This document shows positions 1-14,448 of a DNA stretch of 64,000 nucleotides, one piece after another (the stretch's first letter is position 1; the number at the start of each line of letters is the position of its first letter). The notes below the pieces were generated by a model that worked only from the letters and a program-made list of their open reading frames with translations, made no database searches and was not told the DNA's origin. The DNA comes from Phoronis australis (taxonomy: Eukaryota; Animalia; Phoronida): assembly GCA_002633005.1 (NCBI GenBank), contig NMRA01000382.1:190307-254306 (forward strand), read 5' to 3'. A program made the position numbers and the translations under genes.

Positions 1-495
1 GATATTTTGAACAATTCGATTAAGCTGGAAACTTACAGAACTTTTAAGTTAAATATATGTTTTGAAAACTATTTAGATGTAATTGACAATGTAAATGTTA
101 GATCTGATATGGTGAGATTGAGATGTTCAGCGCATGCACTAATGATTGAAAAGGGTAGACACTTGAAACTTAGCAGAACAGAAAGGTTATGCCCTCTCTG
201 TGTTAGGACATATGTCCAGTCGGAATATCATTTTGTTATCGAATGCCCATTCTACGATGACCTTAGGAAACGATATTTGCCTGCATGGAGCTACAACAAT
301 CCCAATGTTACAAAATTCCACAGACTCATGACTATGGAGGAAAAAGATCTTATATGGTCAACATGTCAATATGTTCATTTTGCATTCAAGCGAAGAAGAA
401 TTCGGTTTACTTCTAGTGTTTGACACTTACCTTTATTGTATTTGATGATTTGATTGTAACAAGGGCCGGAGGCCTAGTTATTGAATAAATATGTA
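1..495 (+). mobile_element. 3' end of a non-LTR retrotransposon (L2/CR1-group ORF2 C-terminus, short 3'UTR)
   Basis: ORF 7-423 has RLRCSAHALMIEKGR..ERLCPLC..SEYHFVIECPFYDDLR, the CCHC-type C-terminal motif of LINE ORF2; AATAAA at ~484 follows the stop codon. Confidence 0.75.
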
Positions 496-1059
496 TGTAC
501 TAGTACCCTATCTGAAATACCTCCCGGCATACACCTGTAGGTCACAATGTACCCAAGTGAACTCTTACCAGTCAACATGTTAACTATTGTTAAGCACAGT
601 GAAACTTGCATAACTCCTATCTAATTGCACCAAATAATTCAATGCAAATAAGGAAAATCTGTGTAATTTCACTTTGGGATTGAGTATGTGCTTTCGAACT
701 TTAACCGGGTTGTGGAATATTAATATGTCGCAAAAGTTTGCATATTCAGACTTAAATTTTCCACATTCAATGCGAGTTCGACTGGTTTTATTGAAATCAA
801 ATATTCCAGTGTCATGGTGAAAGTGATAGTTAATCTGGGTACAACTTTACCTAGGAGCTGAGTTGAGTTGACTCACTAGAATGATCTCCCCATGTACGTA
901 GGAGCATACATGTATTCTTTTCCCTCTAGAAATTTGCTTGGAATCTCAATTTAATATCTTTGCTAGTAAATTGATTGGTAGGAGTAAAGGATGTCGTATT
1001 TTTACTGTAAAGTATTATGGTTACGTAAGACCTCTCGTGAACACCATGCCATTATCTTC

Positions 1060-1214
1060 AATGGTGGATTCAGAGGACAGTTAAGGGGCCTTGGCCCCGG
1101 CCCCCTAAAACGCTACAAGATCAATTCGCACTTGGTGGGGCAGGGGGTGAATTTCTGATGAGCAAAACCCTACTCTGCCCTAACCCCCCAACTCAAAATC
1201 CTGGATCCGCCCGA
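1060..1214. mobile_element. GC-rich MITE nested in repeat copy A
   Basis: Degenerate inverted ends GTGGATTCAGAGG...CCTGGATCCGCCC; also present in copy B at ~27310-27465. Confidence 0.5.
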
Positions 1215-2132
1215 CCGGTGCTGATCTGTATATGGATAACATTCCCTGTAAATTGGTTATGTCTGGATTCTTAAGAAGCTATCACATACTGTTATGTTTG
1301 CTAATATCTCATTGTTTTCATGTGTCTATTAACTTGGCGGAATACTTGGAAGAACTAGACATCCAAACATTTGTATCGAAACAATCACCCAGGGGTAGTA
1401 TTGGGCTGTTTACATCCACATGACAGGTAGAGCTTCATATGTTGTTGAGATAAAAATAGTGCTGCTATCAATGTTTGAATTTGAAACAAGTTACAGAACA
1501 CGATACCTGGTTAGCCTGAAGGCTGACTTTTATTAACACGTTAAGTTTTGTTATATGCACGGTTTGTTCTAGATTGTAATATCATGATAGGTGACCATGT
1601 GCATGTTTTGTATTCAAGTTGTATAGAAGAAAATTGTTTTGAATGTCGCGAATCCAGCATTAAAACTTCATTCAAAACAGTATGTGGAAAACTGACCCAC
1701 TGCAGCACATGTTTGAAGTAAAATTGCAGACTAGTCTTGCACTTGAATCCGGGAGAGTGATTGATTAAATTTTGAGTTTAAAGACTATTTTCTAGGCTGT
1801 GTATATAAGTCAGGAAGTTTTTCAAATCAGTGTTGTATAAACAGCACGATAAATATCCAGCAAGTTAGTTGTCTTATACTGATAGCTTTTATCCGTCTGT
1901 TATTAAAATTTGTTGTCTTTATTGCAGAGTGTGCCTTCAACAATCGTTGGATAAGGAAGGCTACCAAGAAAACACAACGTACGCACATACGAACTGCTGC
2001 TCATGGAACAATTAATTCAGTTATCTGAGCTCAGAAACGCGCGTTTCTAGTCACAAAACATGAATTATTTGCCTGTGAAGCTAAGGGAGCAGATCCAGCT
2101 AAAGAAGATTGAGTGGCTCGTGGTCTACCATA

Positions 2133-2629
2133 GGGACCTTTCACATTGACTTAACTCTTGTCTGAGCGGAGCATCGGCATATACTGCGAATTTAACTGGA
2201 CCGTTCATTCTGGCTTTGGTAGTTAATGAACTTCGAAGTAAACAGTAGGTGACGCTGTCGTGATCGAAGGTATCGCAACGTAACACTGCACGCTAAGATG
2301 TGACAACTTGGGAACATTTACATGTGTTAATTGACACAAAACTTATTTTTTAAATTGATTGGTGATTATTAGAGCAAGAAATAAGCAACTATTAGCCATC
2401 ACACTACTTTGCAATTGTTAATGATAAAGTAGCCCCTGGCAATAACTTCGATAGCACCGAAGTTTATCATTCATACTGCTTGGCAGCGTTGATGCTAAGC
2501 AATTAAATCCACCTGTTTATTGCAAAGTTAACTGGCGCTGTTAAATTCGTTCCCGGACTAAAGTTTAAGCTTTCATACTGACATTAAATCCTAAAAACTT
2601 CGAAGCGTCGATGTTAGTATGAAAGGCCC
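2133..2629. mobile_element. PIF/Harbinger-like MITE nested in repeat copy A
   Basis: Inverted termini GGGACCTTTCACATTGAC / GTTAGTATGAAAGGCCC flanked by TA; internal TTAACTGG repeats; counterpart at ~28807-29288. Confidence 0.55.
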
Positions 2630-3244
2630 TATAGATATGTGTATGAAGTTCAGTAGCTTAAATTAATGGAAAAAAATATTTTTGTGGTCAAAGGTCTAAG
2701 TTTTCTAATTTCCATTTCGTATAATCAGGCTGTACTTAGGGTTACTTTTAGTGATATTTACTGTTTGATTGTCAAGAAAATGAACCTTTGACTTTTCAAT
2801 TGATATTTTAAGGTTGAAAACAATTATATGTGATTCTAAGCACTATTTCTAGCATAAGGATTGTACTTCCCAAAATCAGACCTGTGGCCATTGTCGATAA
2901 ACTTTTAGTTACCTGTTACATTTTATGTTATGCTTTTGTCTCTGCGGATATTCTTGGATTTTGCATATTAAGTGATTTGTTATTCTTGGTGACTGTCATT
3001 GCTGTAATTTTAGTTGAAAAAGTCTGCTGTTGAAACGTAGACTTTTGTTGTAGTCCTTCCTGGCTATGGATGAAAACTAAGTTCATTTTTGTAAGGGTCA
3101 CTTTGTTGTGAAGTGTGTTTTCTTGTTTTTTGATTGTTCTGCACTATCTTTATTTCTATTCAGATCAATACGAAGTTCGCAAACCACATTTGGATGATCA
3201 CATCCACGACATTTGTTATGTTGCCATGAGTTTGGGAATCTAGT

Positions 3245-3585
3245 GCCGGGCTGCATAAAGCAGTCCCAGATTTGGATTCGATCAGTGTCTTTGTTTATTC
3301 ACACATATAATACCTTTTATCAGTACATATTTATTATGAGCTCCTCTTTAACATGGGAACTTGATTCTAACCTAATTAAACGTTGCATGAAAAGGTCCCT
3401 GTATAATATCGATTGAAAATTCAATCTCGAATGCACTCTGGATTTTCATCAAAGCCAAAGATTGACTTAGTATTGAAACTAAAACAGCATAGAAAAGGTC
3501 ATTTAGTGTTTTTATAACCTCAGTAGGCAGTAGATTTATGGAAATTATATGAGTGCCTGTTTGGGACTGTTTCATGCAACCGGGT
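3245..3585. mobile_element. MITE with ~25-bp imperfect TIRs
   Basis: CCGGGCTGCATAAAGCAGTCCCAGA at the left is the inverted match of TTTGGGACTGTTTCATGCAACCGGG at the right. Confidence 0.55.
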
Positions 3586-4377
3586 AGAGAAAATTCTGAT
3601 TTTGTCCCCTTCAGCATGGTTATCATTAGAGTAGTTGGCGTTTTCGTGCTCATCACAATCTCTATCAAACATTTGTGGGGGAAGTACACCCAATACGAAG
3701 ACAGAGGCTTGTAGCAGTGAAACGGAGAATATTCGCCAAAATAGTGAGCGTAGATTAATTAATGAAAGAATGGATAACATTGCATTGTAGTGAAAACCTG
3801 AAAACGCATTTGTGTTTGTGTGACATATCCACTTACTAAGTTTCAGATTGACCCGTCGAATGACTCCAAAACTACATTGTATAGTTCCGTATTTTTTCGA
3901 AATAAGGTAATCGCACGGCCACATTGGGTTTGATTAGAAGGAAGCAAAACTACTTTCGAAGTACTGAGGGGTTGTCAATATAGAAGGTCCGCTAATAATG
4001 AAACTATCTCGTCAGGGACATTTCAAATTGAACTGGACAAAGTTTGTACGATTCTTTCAAACAATGAAACAATGCCTTCAATTAAAAGGTGCAATTGATA
4101 CGAACCTTCGCCATAATGTACGGAAAGTAAGTTGTTGTTGTAATACACTCAGTAGTCGCTAATCTGTTATTCTTGTATGGAATTGTGAATCAACTTGTAA
4201 ATTCCTCGAAGGGCGCGTTTCGTTGGCCTGCTTTAAAACGGATTGCATAGGTAAAGAAATGAACGGAACCGTATCTGTAGTATTATCAAGTAATAACTTA
4301 TCAGTTTTAGACGTTGAACCTGTGCAAAATAAACTATAATAGAATGTACCCTTGTCAGCAACGCTATCTCGCTTCAG

Positions 4378-4662
4378 AACTACCTAACTGCTTCGACGGA
4401 ATACGTGATCATGTAAACAATCCAACATTGGGAAGTCCTGCCTATGTGAACAACGAAACACAAACGCGTTGGAGTTGCCAGAGAAGTTGTAGCGCAATGG
4501 AGTACCCGTTTGCTGCGGTGTGGGGCAAATTCAAGTGTTGGTGCTCTGCAAACTTCTTTGCACTACGATTAAGACCTGGGGAGTGTACTTTACGATGCCC
4601 CGGAAACGTCAACGAGACATGTGGAGGCGTTTCGGCCTCTTGGGTTATGAAGTCTAATCCAG
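4378..4662 (+). CDS. Exon encoding a WSC (carbohydrate-binding-type) domain
   Basis: SCQRSC..YPFAAV..KCWC..ECTLRCPGN.NETCGG is the WSC Cys pattern; acceptor TTCAG at 4373-4377, donor GT at 4663; 285 nt, phase 1-1. Confidence 0.85.
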
Positions 4663-6596
4663 GTTGGTTTCCTATTAATGCACATTCATGACACCTGAGC
4701 AGCATGATTTTTGTAAACGCAATGTACGTCAGCCGTTTCAATTCTTCCACTGTGGGATGAAATTACTAAACATGCATTAATTTACAGCCAACTTTTCCAA
4801 ATACAAGAATGTTTACGGGACCAGTTTTCACGAAATATAAATATTTCTTTCCCAATGTATATTTTCAAGAATATTTGTCGCTCTTCTATATTCTAAGTAA
4901 GAATAAATGCACAGCACTGGGTTGTTACAACTGTATTCTTGTTTACATGAGAAGGTAGTAGTCTTTACGTTTTGAGAACTGCATGCAGCCACTGCGTGGC
5001 GTGAAGCGTTTGAGCGGAAGGAAAATCCCTCAAGAAGTTGGGTTTTGCAATAAAGAAACCGACGAACGTTGTGCCCTTACCATAGTTCTTCTTTTTACCG
5101 GAAGAAGCCTGACATACCTCAGACCAACACGAATTGTAAATATATGGTGCTATGGTCCTGGCGTCACAGATGCATGTCACCCAATCTGTTTTTGAAAGTT
5201 GCTATTGCAAGTAACTTATTAGATGGACTAAACTATCACAATATGCGTTTTGCGATACACCGCAAGTCCTGTGTAGACACAAACATTTTGGGGAATGTTG
5301 ATCTTGAAGACTGAAGGTTCTCAGTGTCTTCTAAACTATTTTTGTCACCGAACAGACCCCAAGTTCCCGCGACCTACCTTTGTAATTTGGCCTAAAGCAT
5401 CTATTAGGCTTCGGCATTTCAAATATCTATGAATCCGTAACATGTAAATAAAACAACACGTTTGTTGAAGAACTCGATGTATTTGTAATTCCTTTACATC
5501 GAATTTTGATGACTTATTGGTGTAAAACAATGAATTCCAGCGATAAGTAAACATGAATAAGCGTGTTGAGAACTGCAGAACAGAGTGCTATCGAACCTAT
5601 AAGGTCGTTGGTTAATTTCAACACCGCCGACTGCCTTTAAACATAATGCTCTGTGGTAAGGTTTCCTATTCATTACCACTATAGAAATACATGCAGGATT
5701 GAGTTCCTAAACATTACGACTCCTGCAGTACTTCAAGTCTTCGCAAATTTCTATCACATTCATGGGTGCTTTTCTATTGCGTTTCTGAAGTTTGAAATTA
5801 AAAACAGATCCTAATAATCCTTCCTCCACTATTAATGCTCTGATGTGGCATTTGTGACAGTTTCACAATTCTGATCGCTTTCCCTAGCCCAATGACACGA
5901 AGTGCATGGTCTCGTTTTAAAGTGACTTATATGCTCTTGATGACGGTGACGGCCAAAGGACAGCCAAAAAGTGGCAAGGTGGGGGGTCAGCCATTCAGAA
6001 CCATAATCAGTCTAATAAATCGCATTAAAGATAAGAGAAATTGGGTGAAGTATGACACGACAGAGTTTGGTGGTTAAGGAGATACACAGAAAGGCTTCTG
6101 GAGGGCAAAATGAGGCACTTTCCTGATGAGGAATGAGTCATTTTTTATTACATTTTCTACTGCAGTTTCTGCTTCAAACAGATTTTTTCTGAATAATTTT
6201 GATGCCACATGATTGGTTCATGACCAGTGTAAGTAAAAACGGCATCGAAACTAATATATCGGTTATCACGGTAACACCTGAACTGTTTCCGTGGCAGTAA
6301 TTTTCATGCTTGTTAAAAAACACCAGTAAGTTATACCTTTATAGCGAAGCTGCCCCACGAGAAAACTGAAAATAATAACATGGACATATATAAAGCTTCA
6401 TGCCCTCAAATCAATACAAAAAAGTTTTTCAGCCATTCGGGCAGGCTTAGTGATAAGTGTCTGAATTTCACTATATTCAGACCGCACAAATGTGTAATGA
6501 GGCTATTCGGAGAATTCTCCTCGTGGTGTCGCTGCTGTACTAGTGGTGATTAAATTGCGCATGCGTGGCTGTCTGCATGTAAACAAATGGTAAAAG

Positions 6597-6826
6597 ATGG
6601 AATTTTTATCAAAATACGTCGTCGCGCTAAGCCTCATTACTGCTAATTTCCCTGGTGCAAGTCTTCGACAGGTGGCCACAAATTCCCAAAAGACCTAAGG
6701 TTACTATATTCGTGGACAATTGCGGTCAACAAGGTCAACTAACTGACAAAAAGTGCGTGAATGCTGAAGCCCCGTGTGAGCTCTATGACTATGCAGTTCC
6801 ATTCAAAGACTACACAACATTACTTG
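6597..6826 (+). CDS. Candidate exon (possible signal-peptide first exon with frameshift, or internal exon with weak acceptor)
   Basis: Open Cys-containing frame ends at a strong phase-1 donor G|GTAAGT (6826/6827). ATG 6597 gives MEFLSKYVVAL, one base out of frame with ASLLLISLVQVF. NRF1-like TGCGCATGCG at 6556. Confidence 0.35.
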
Positions 6827-6962
6827 GTAAGTTTTTAGCAATCAGTTTCTATCAACATCGTTCGGTGATGTTATCCCCACCAGTTACCCCACTGAATAAC
6901 AGCTTTATTGAGTCGAACTAAGCGTTTCTTTTTGGAAACTCACCCGATGCCGGGTAGGCTAG

Positions 6963-7687
6963 NNNNNNNNNNNNNNNNNNNNNNNNNNNNNNNNNNNNNN
7001 NNNNNNNNNNNNNNNNNNNNNNNNNNNNNNNNNNNNNNNNNNNNNNNNNNNNNNNNNNNNNNNNNNNNNNNNNNNNNNNNNNNNNNNNNNNNNNNNNNNN
7101 NNNNNNNNNNNNNNNNNNNNNNNNNNNNNNNNNNNNNNNNNNNNNNNNNNNNNNNNNNNNNNNNNNNNNNNNNNNNNNNNNNNNNNNNNNNNNNNNNNNN
7201 NNNNNNNNNNNNNNNNNNNNNNNNNNNNNNNNNNNNNNNNNNNNNNNNNNNNNNNNNNNNNNNNNNNNNNNNNNNNNNNNNNNNNNNNNNNNNNNNNNNN
7301 NNNNNNNNNNNNNNNNNNNNNNNNNNNNNNNNNNNNNNNNNNNNNNNNNNNNNNNNNNNNNNNNNNNNNNNNNNNNNNNNNNNNNNNNNNNNNNNNNNNN
7401 NNNNNNNNNNNNNNNNNNNNNNNNNNNNNNNNNNNNNNNNNNNNNNNNNNNNNNNNNNNNNNNNNNNNNNNNNNNNNNNNNNNNNNNNNNNNNNNNNNNN
7501 NNNNNNNNNNNNNNNNNNNNNNNNNNNNNNNNNNNNNNNNNNNNNNNNNNNNNNNNNNNNNNNNNNNNNNNNNNNNNNNNNNNNNNNNNNNNNNNNNNNN
7601 NNNNNNNNNNNNNNNNNNNNNNNNNNNNNNNNNNNNNNNNNNNNNNNNNNNNNNNNNNNNNNNNNNNNNNNNNNNNNNNNNNNNNNN
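6963..7687. other. Assembly gap (N run)
   Basis: Run of n characters. Confidence 1.
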
Positions 7688-10600
7688 ATCTGCACTGGAT
7701 GGGAAGATCTTGTTGGTTAGCTGCAGTCAAATGCTAAAAACCAATTTTTGTCCATTCAGGGACGGTGCAGAAGCGATGCATATCTCCTCTGCACGGTACA
7801 AGCCTTCAAACCTAAAAACCAAAGGTTACGTGAAAACTGACGTGATAGATTTCCATTTCAACGTGTAATAGATTTCCAGAAGACATATGATAGGGAGTAA
7901 ACAAATAGTCTAATGCAATGGATATTTATCACTCACGTACCCTTTGCCATTGGGATTGGATTGTAATCTTAACTCATTAACCTGTATCGAGTTGACAGCA
8001 TAAACATTCAGCATTGATTGATGTAACTGTCACTGATAAACTTTTAGAAATCATTCCAAACAATAATGATGCTTTGACGTACGAAAACATCCCGATTGCT
8101 ACGTCAAGTATCGTATCACATATCACTACATACAAAGATTATCCAGACTCTGGCTGGCGACTGACTGCCGCGAAGTCGACATCGGCGAGTGCCTCAGTTA
8201 ACAGGCATCGGTAGAATAATCATGGAATAATCGTTAAAATAATCACAAACCTTACCTTTGTATGAGGTTGTGCTTACTTCCTCCCATAGAAGCACCCTTT
8301 TTACGCAATCTCAGATTCAGTTGGCACGGCTGCAAGCCATTTCACCGTGTATTTAAAGGGCTCGCGAAATCGAGGCTGTTAATCTATCACCACTAGTACA
8401 CGCACGCCCTCTAGTTCTTTTAGATTTTCCGAATAGCCCTATTGTCGTGTTGAACCAATCGTTAGTTGTGCGCCGTTTCTACGCATTGAAATGCCGTGGT
8501 ATAATACAACACTTCAAAGAGTTTTTTTTAGTTAATTACAACGATACAAGCAGTTCCCCAGTAAGATATGAAATTGTGCTAGAGTTGTTCGTCCAACTCA
8601 CTGAATACCAAAATAAAGCATACAATATGCGTTAGTTGAATGATGGCTGATCTGAAGTGCAGGAGTTTGCGAATTTATCTATTTGCTTGTCACTGCCAGT
8701 CGCATCAAATGTGGTGTTTTTACAAATTGCCGAGAGAACTGACTTTGATAACTCTTAAGACATGCACAAGGAATATAGCGATAAGGTACATGTATGCATC
8801 AGGAGCTAGATTATGTACCGAGGTAGATTCACTTGCCCGAATCATCCTTACAACCCTCAACACAACCGCAGCACACAAGATGGAATTCAACTGAGTTCTG
8901 AAAAAGGACCAAATATGTTAAGTCAAGGGTCAACGTTCTGCTTCGTGCGAGCTCAGGTAGGAATCACCAAAGCACAGGTGCCGGTCACACCCTAAGGAAT
9001 ATTTTTAGGAGCATGTCACTCATGCAAAATTACTTTTATTGACGCACCGTGATTGCTTATAACTTGCGCCTTATTTCTTAATAATGTCTTATTTCAAATG
9101 TCTTGAAGTATATAAAGTGTATGTATATATTGACATAGAAAATAGGTAGTTATCATAAGTTTTCATAATGACAACCAAATGTATTTAAATTTTTACACAA
9201 CTTCTGCCCACGACCCACTTTTAGAGACTAGAGAGTACATGTACATATATGTTATGTCCGCCATAGAATTTGTGTGATTGAATATGTCATGTCCGTCAAA
9301 AATACATTGGTATTAAGATGTGATTTTGCCAATAGTGACGCTTGTAAAGATGGTTAGGCTAAAAATGGAACGAAACTCAAAAAAGTGGAACTGATATATG
9401 CCTAAAGTGTAAATCAGAGTTTTGCTCAATCACCCATCGCTGAGGGAGAAGGCAGTCGCACATCAAAATGCACCCTCCCAAAGTTGGAATAAAAAGACCC
9501 TAATTTTAACATGGCCAATACTTCCCCCAAATAACCCCATTGACTTGAGGCCCTGAAGGGACAATTGATCTGTTAACCACGTAAAGGACTTTGATGTTGT
9601 TTTATGCATGCTGAATTTGCAGTAGAGTTCAGAAGTCCTGTTCACCTCATATGATTGCCAAAATGTGCGGAATTTCTGGATTTTAGGGTAAACTAACGAA
9701 AATAATCAGTGACTGTTGCGAGAGTTCCACAATATTTATCGAGTATCTTGAAACTGTGATTTCCATATTAAACATGTGCATGAAAGACAGTGTATGCTAT
9801 GTATGTAATGGATTACAAAAAACACAATTACACAAGTCAGATGTGTGTTCGGATATGTGTCATGTTGAAATGACTAACTTGTTGTGCTCATCATGAGGGT
9901 GGACTCATGTGAAGTGCGGAATGGTATTCCTCAACTTTGGGGTCATATTAGCTGCCATCTACTGTTCCTTGTTATAAAAAACAGGGTGGTAGTGAATTAG
10001 GGTGGATAGATCTTGTACGACTGCATTGGGGATTTTCGGTGGTTTTGCTAGAAACTTCATGGCAAATACATATTATACTTTGGCAGCTACTCAATCACAT
10101 TAAAGTAACCACTTCTATTAAGGCTCTGCTGATTTTTATTTGGTTGATCCCTATAGTGTATGACTGTGAGCTTGCAACAAAAGATATTTCCAATACAGGA
10201 ATACAGAATTTTCAGGAATTTGCAGAAGCTGCCGGACAAAACAGGCTGACATAATGAAATTTCAGAAGAGAAATGTAATACGCAACTCATTCATTTCACG
10301 ATGAACGCTGGCACATAGGTATGGCGGATAATTTTAATCGGTTTCAATATTTTCTACATGTAATATGCCATAATTCTGTTTTATACCTTTGTCCTACCGT
10401 CAGGTACATAGAAATGCATTTGGTATTTTTTATAATCAAATATGAATGCCATATCAGAGGTGCCTTCACTTTAGCTTTGTATTCTTATTTTTCTCAGCTG
10501 AAATGGCCACATTAAATTTAATATGTTTAATTTTTTTCATTAATACAATTTTAGGAATCAGGAAAGGCTCCTGCTGAAGTTGGAAACCTGCTGATTATTA

Positions 10601-13600
10601 GTAAAGACTGCGTATGGAAAAGTTGAATACCAGCAAGAAGATACCTTCCCGTTCAACTAGGTGAGGGGGCTAAAGAGAGGCCGAAAATTCTAGTCTCAGA
10701 AGAACGACTGGGGAAAAGTATTTGCCAAATATTACTGGCTAATACCACAACATATCCAAAGTAAATTGTTGAGATAGGCCACTCTCACCAACTGTGGGGA
10801 AACTGGGACAGTTGGATGTACTGTAGGAGATATGACAGAGGAGGTGGAGTATGTTTTGGAAAGAGACAATCTGCGCTTTAAGATAGTCAATGATGTAGCA
10901 TTTTAAAAATTCAAAGGGAGGAAACATTACAGTCTTAGGACCTGTAAATACTCTGGCGGGTCTGCTAAATCCAGTGGTGGTATTATTGTCAGCACAGCTG
11001 TGTAGGGTTTTGTATTGTTGTAAGATTTGTTTGCACTAGAATTGCTGGTGAACAGGACAAGTCTAAATTTACCTGTGTTGAATTTTTGTCCAGCCAGCGA
11101 TCATGATCCTGGGCCAGTGGATTATATCGGTACAGCCGCATGGTGATTGGGACAATGTTCGTTTTATTAAGCCTCTGGATTTTTTGGTCTGATAGGATTT
11201 CTCAGTGTGGTCAACACATTTAGACGTTTGTTTCGTGATTTCTGAGCAGTGTACAGTTTCTTTTCCTTGAAATTTTGAAATTGTAAAATTGATCTGAATT
11301 TTTGTTTCCGCATTTTATTAACCATTATAGATTTTCTGTTTGTAAATCAGCATTTATTACTGACATTTTAGCCCCTCTTTCAGTTAGGCTGGTTTTGTTT
11401 ACTTATCTTTTAGTCTGGGTTGTAAACCCGTATTACGTCCACCACGTAAAGTTTTGATTTAAACCACTTATCTCGACTAACTTTTTTCAATTTTTTCCAT
11501 GTGCAGATGAAAAGTGGTTTCTGGAATTGCAACGATTTGACAGTTTGCTGTTCCTCGAGACCATGCTATGTGCATAAAATCACACACTGTTACACAAAAG
11601 CCATCGTATAGGGCCTGATCTCTAGCAAATGCATATTGCCAGCTCTTTCGAAATTCTGAAATTGCTGAAAAGTGACCAGGGAATAATATCTATTCCCTCA
11701 TGGTAAATTATCTTTATCAAAAGCTGCTTTATGTGATAGTAGGCGGGTTTATGTCCACTTCTAATATTTTTTGTTCCAGTACTACTGAAAGTGTTGGCAC
11801 ATTAACTCTGGTGACTCCTTGGTTTTTGGTGAATTGACCATAAGGTGCCCATGAGTAATTTTGCAACTGGTCTAGTATGTATGTAAACCTGTAATCGCAG
11901 GGCAATTGCAATTTAAACCATGTTGCAAAAGTAATATCCATGACCATTTCATTGCAAAATGTTGTCTAATAGGAACCGACAAGCCAATTTTTCATTGATG
12001 TGGTACCTACAGCTACCTCAAGTTTGTGAAGACGAAATTTACAGTGTTGCCAGCGACATTGTGAATCCCTTTTTCGCAGCGAGGCTACATCACCTTATAT
12101 GTAATTTCCTGACTTGATGGGTTTTGTGTGGTTGAATCTGTTCTTGTGTTGAAAAGATGCAGAAGGCAATTTTTTATTAGAGTCATAAACTTTGCACTTT
12201 TTACTCTACAGTTATCTTTGTGTTGTATTATGGAAACATATTTTGTAGTTTACAACTCTCTGGTTTATGTTTTATATCTTATCACAACATAGATGTGTTG
12301 TCTGTGAGGTAGACAACTTTCAAATGAGTCAAGAATTAAAATTGCCAAACATGATTTACTTCTTAGACGTTTGATAACTTTTAACTAAACGGTGCATATT
12401 TTAATGTTTGCTCTTCATTTAAAAGAGAATAAATGCATAAAATTCATTGTCTAGAAATTACACTCAAACTACATATAACAGGGTTTGGAATTGGTATCTT
12501 AATATAACGGAATCTGAACCCGCACCATGATAAGTCCAACGCAAAACATGGATATTGAAATATTGGTGTTTAGGTTACACATAAAGGATTCGTGTGCGCG
12601 GTAACAGTTACTGAGATGCATGAGAAGTTTTTGTGGATACTTTGGGATTCCCCTTCTGTTGTCGTCCAAGGGAGACTTGGCCGCATAGATTAGCATCGTC
12701 ATTGCTTCCGTTGTTATAGTAAAGATAATAACGAGCATTTATCGGCTAGGATCGGATGTACGCCCAAGGTTCTATATCCGTCAAACCTGTGTTTTTGTAT
12801 TCAACAACGACACGATAAAGAAAAACAATGATACGATCGATGTGCGATATGCGTGGGACAAGTTCCCATGGACATTGGTGTACTTTGTATTGTCATTCGA
12901 ATGCTTTTAGAACTGCAAACTCGTCAGCAAAATTCCTGCGGCCTTTTATTTTAAGTCGTATGAAAAAATGTGGTCATGCCACTAAACTTATCATTCATTT
13001 GATATTACAATGCATTACATGAGTATTTGATCAAAAAAAATCTGGCTTGAATAGGTGTAAAGAATACCTATGAGGAAATTGCAAACCATATCAACTGTCA
13101 ATCAAAATTATCTTCATTTGTCGATTTCATGTCCAACCCTGTAGACTTAAAAAAATCAAAGATTTCGAAATCCGCCAAGTAGTATAGACATACGGCCTGC
13201 TGTTAGCAATTCCTTGTTCAATAGACGGTTATATGACACCTCGAACGTATTAGTTTCATCTTTTGATTCACCACTGTAGTGATCTTCAGGGCTCCTTTAC
13301 AAAAAACTAAAATTGATTTGTGCTAACTTGAACATAACATGACAATCTGAAAAACATAATCCCACGTTTATTGTTTAGTAATATCTCGGAGACACATAAT
13401 TCACATTCAGTATTACACAATGTTGAAGAAATATGTAGGATGCAATTGGTGAATTGAATGATATGGTAAATTTTGTTTTTATTTAATTGAGAAATTGCAA
13501 TCACATTTCCTTTTTAATTGAAATGTTCTAAGTGAACTCTTGAAACTACAGATTTAATCTAATTCACAGAGGAAAAACATAGTATTTAGTTATGTTGATC

Positions 13601-14448
13601 AAACCTGAGAATTCACTTCTACTTCTTGTCAAAAATAGGGTTAACTTTCTGAAATGATGGTCTCAGGATATTGCGGAAGGACAGTTCTTTTCATTGTCTA
13701 ATGGAAACCTAGTGGTAATCCGAATGGTTTGAGTCGTTTTCTCCCACCTAGAGTTGAAATGTGGGAGAAAAATTAGCAAATTATAAAAGAAAACTCACGG
13801 AAAAACTACGTTTGTTTGTCAAGAAAAATTTTTAATATAAAATTAACAATTTGTTTTCATCGTGGAAACTATCCAAACCCCCTGACTCTCCTGAAATTAA
13901 AATCTCGTGTTACAAAATCCTTTAAGTATCTTTGTACTGAAGCCATTTGTTATCGAATGAAAGTACATGTATATGAAACAGTCTTAAACGCATTTAAAAA
14001 TGTGTACATTCCATGACTCCCCAGAATGTGTTGTTGCTATCAGCACGTAAAATTCATCCCAGGTGTTTTCATTTATTGCAATTTAATGTTACGAATTTAA
14101 TGAATAACCCATTTTTGCTACTTCGGCAACAAACCTGTTAGTCCTGTTGGAGGGTGTTCGCTGAAACATAAGGAAAGCCAGTCATCAAGAGAATTTTGTC
14201 TTGAATAACAATTTCTTGAAGAGTAACAGCCTTAAAAGAAGTATCCCCTCACGTCTGAGTGGCACGTCCCTTATATCTCTTCCATTGGTTGCACCCCCAC
14301 CCATGACCATGTTCTACCAATTTGGACTTGGGTGAGTTTCGTTTCAAAACCAATTATTCGACTGAATAAAACTCATTATGAATTGGGGGTAACTGATTGG
14401 ATAATATCACTGAACGATGTGTATGAAAACTGATTGCTAAAAGCTTAC

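Larger units (their letters stand above)
497..2780. repeat. Dispersed ~2.3-kb repeat, copy A (homologous to 26712-29470)
   Basis: Collinear near-identity with 26712-29470, e.g. GGTCACAATGTACCCAA, ATGGATAACATTCC and CAGTATGTGGAAAACTGACCCACTGCAGC are shared. Confidence 0.9.

Noticed and set aside
1232-1423. Duplicated small ORF MDNIPCK (also at 27480-27731)
   Set aside because: Lies within the dispersed repeat, has different stop positions in the two copies and no domain signature.
6908-7730. Three long ORFs in the track
   Set aside because: Artefacts of translating the N gap.
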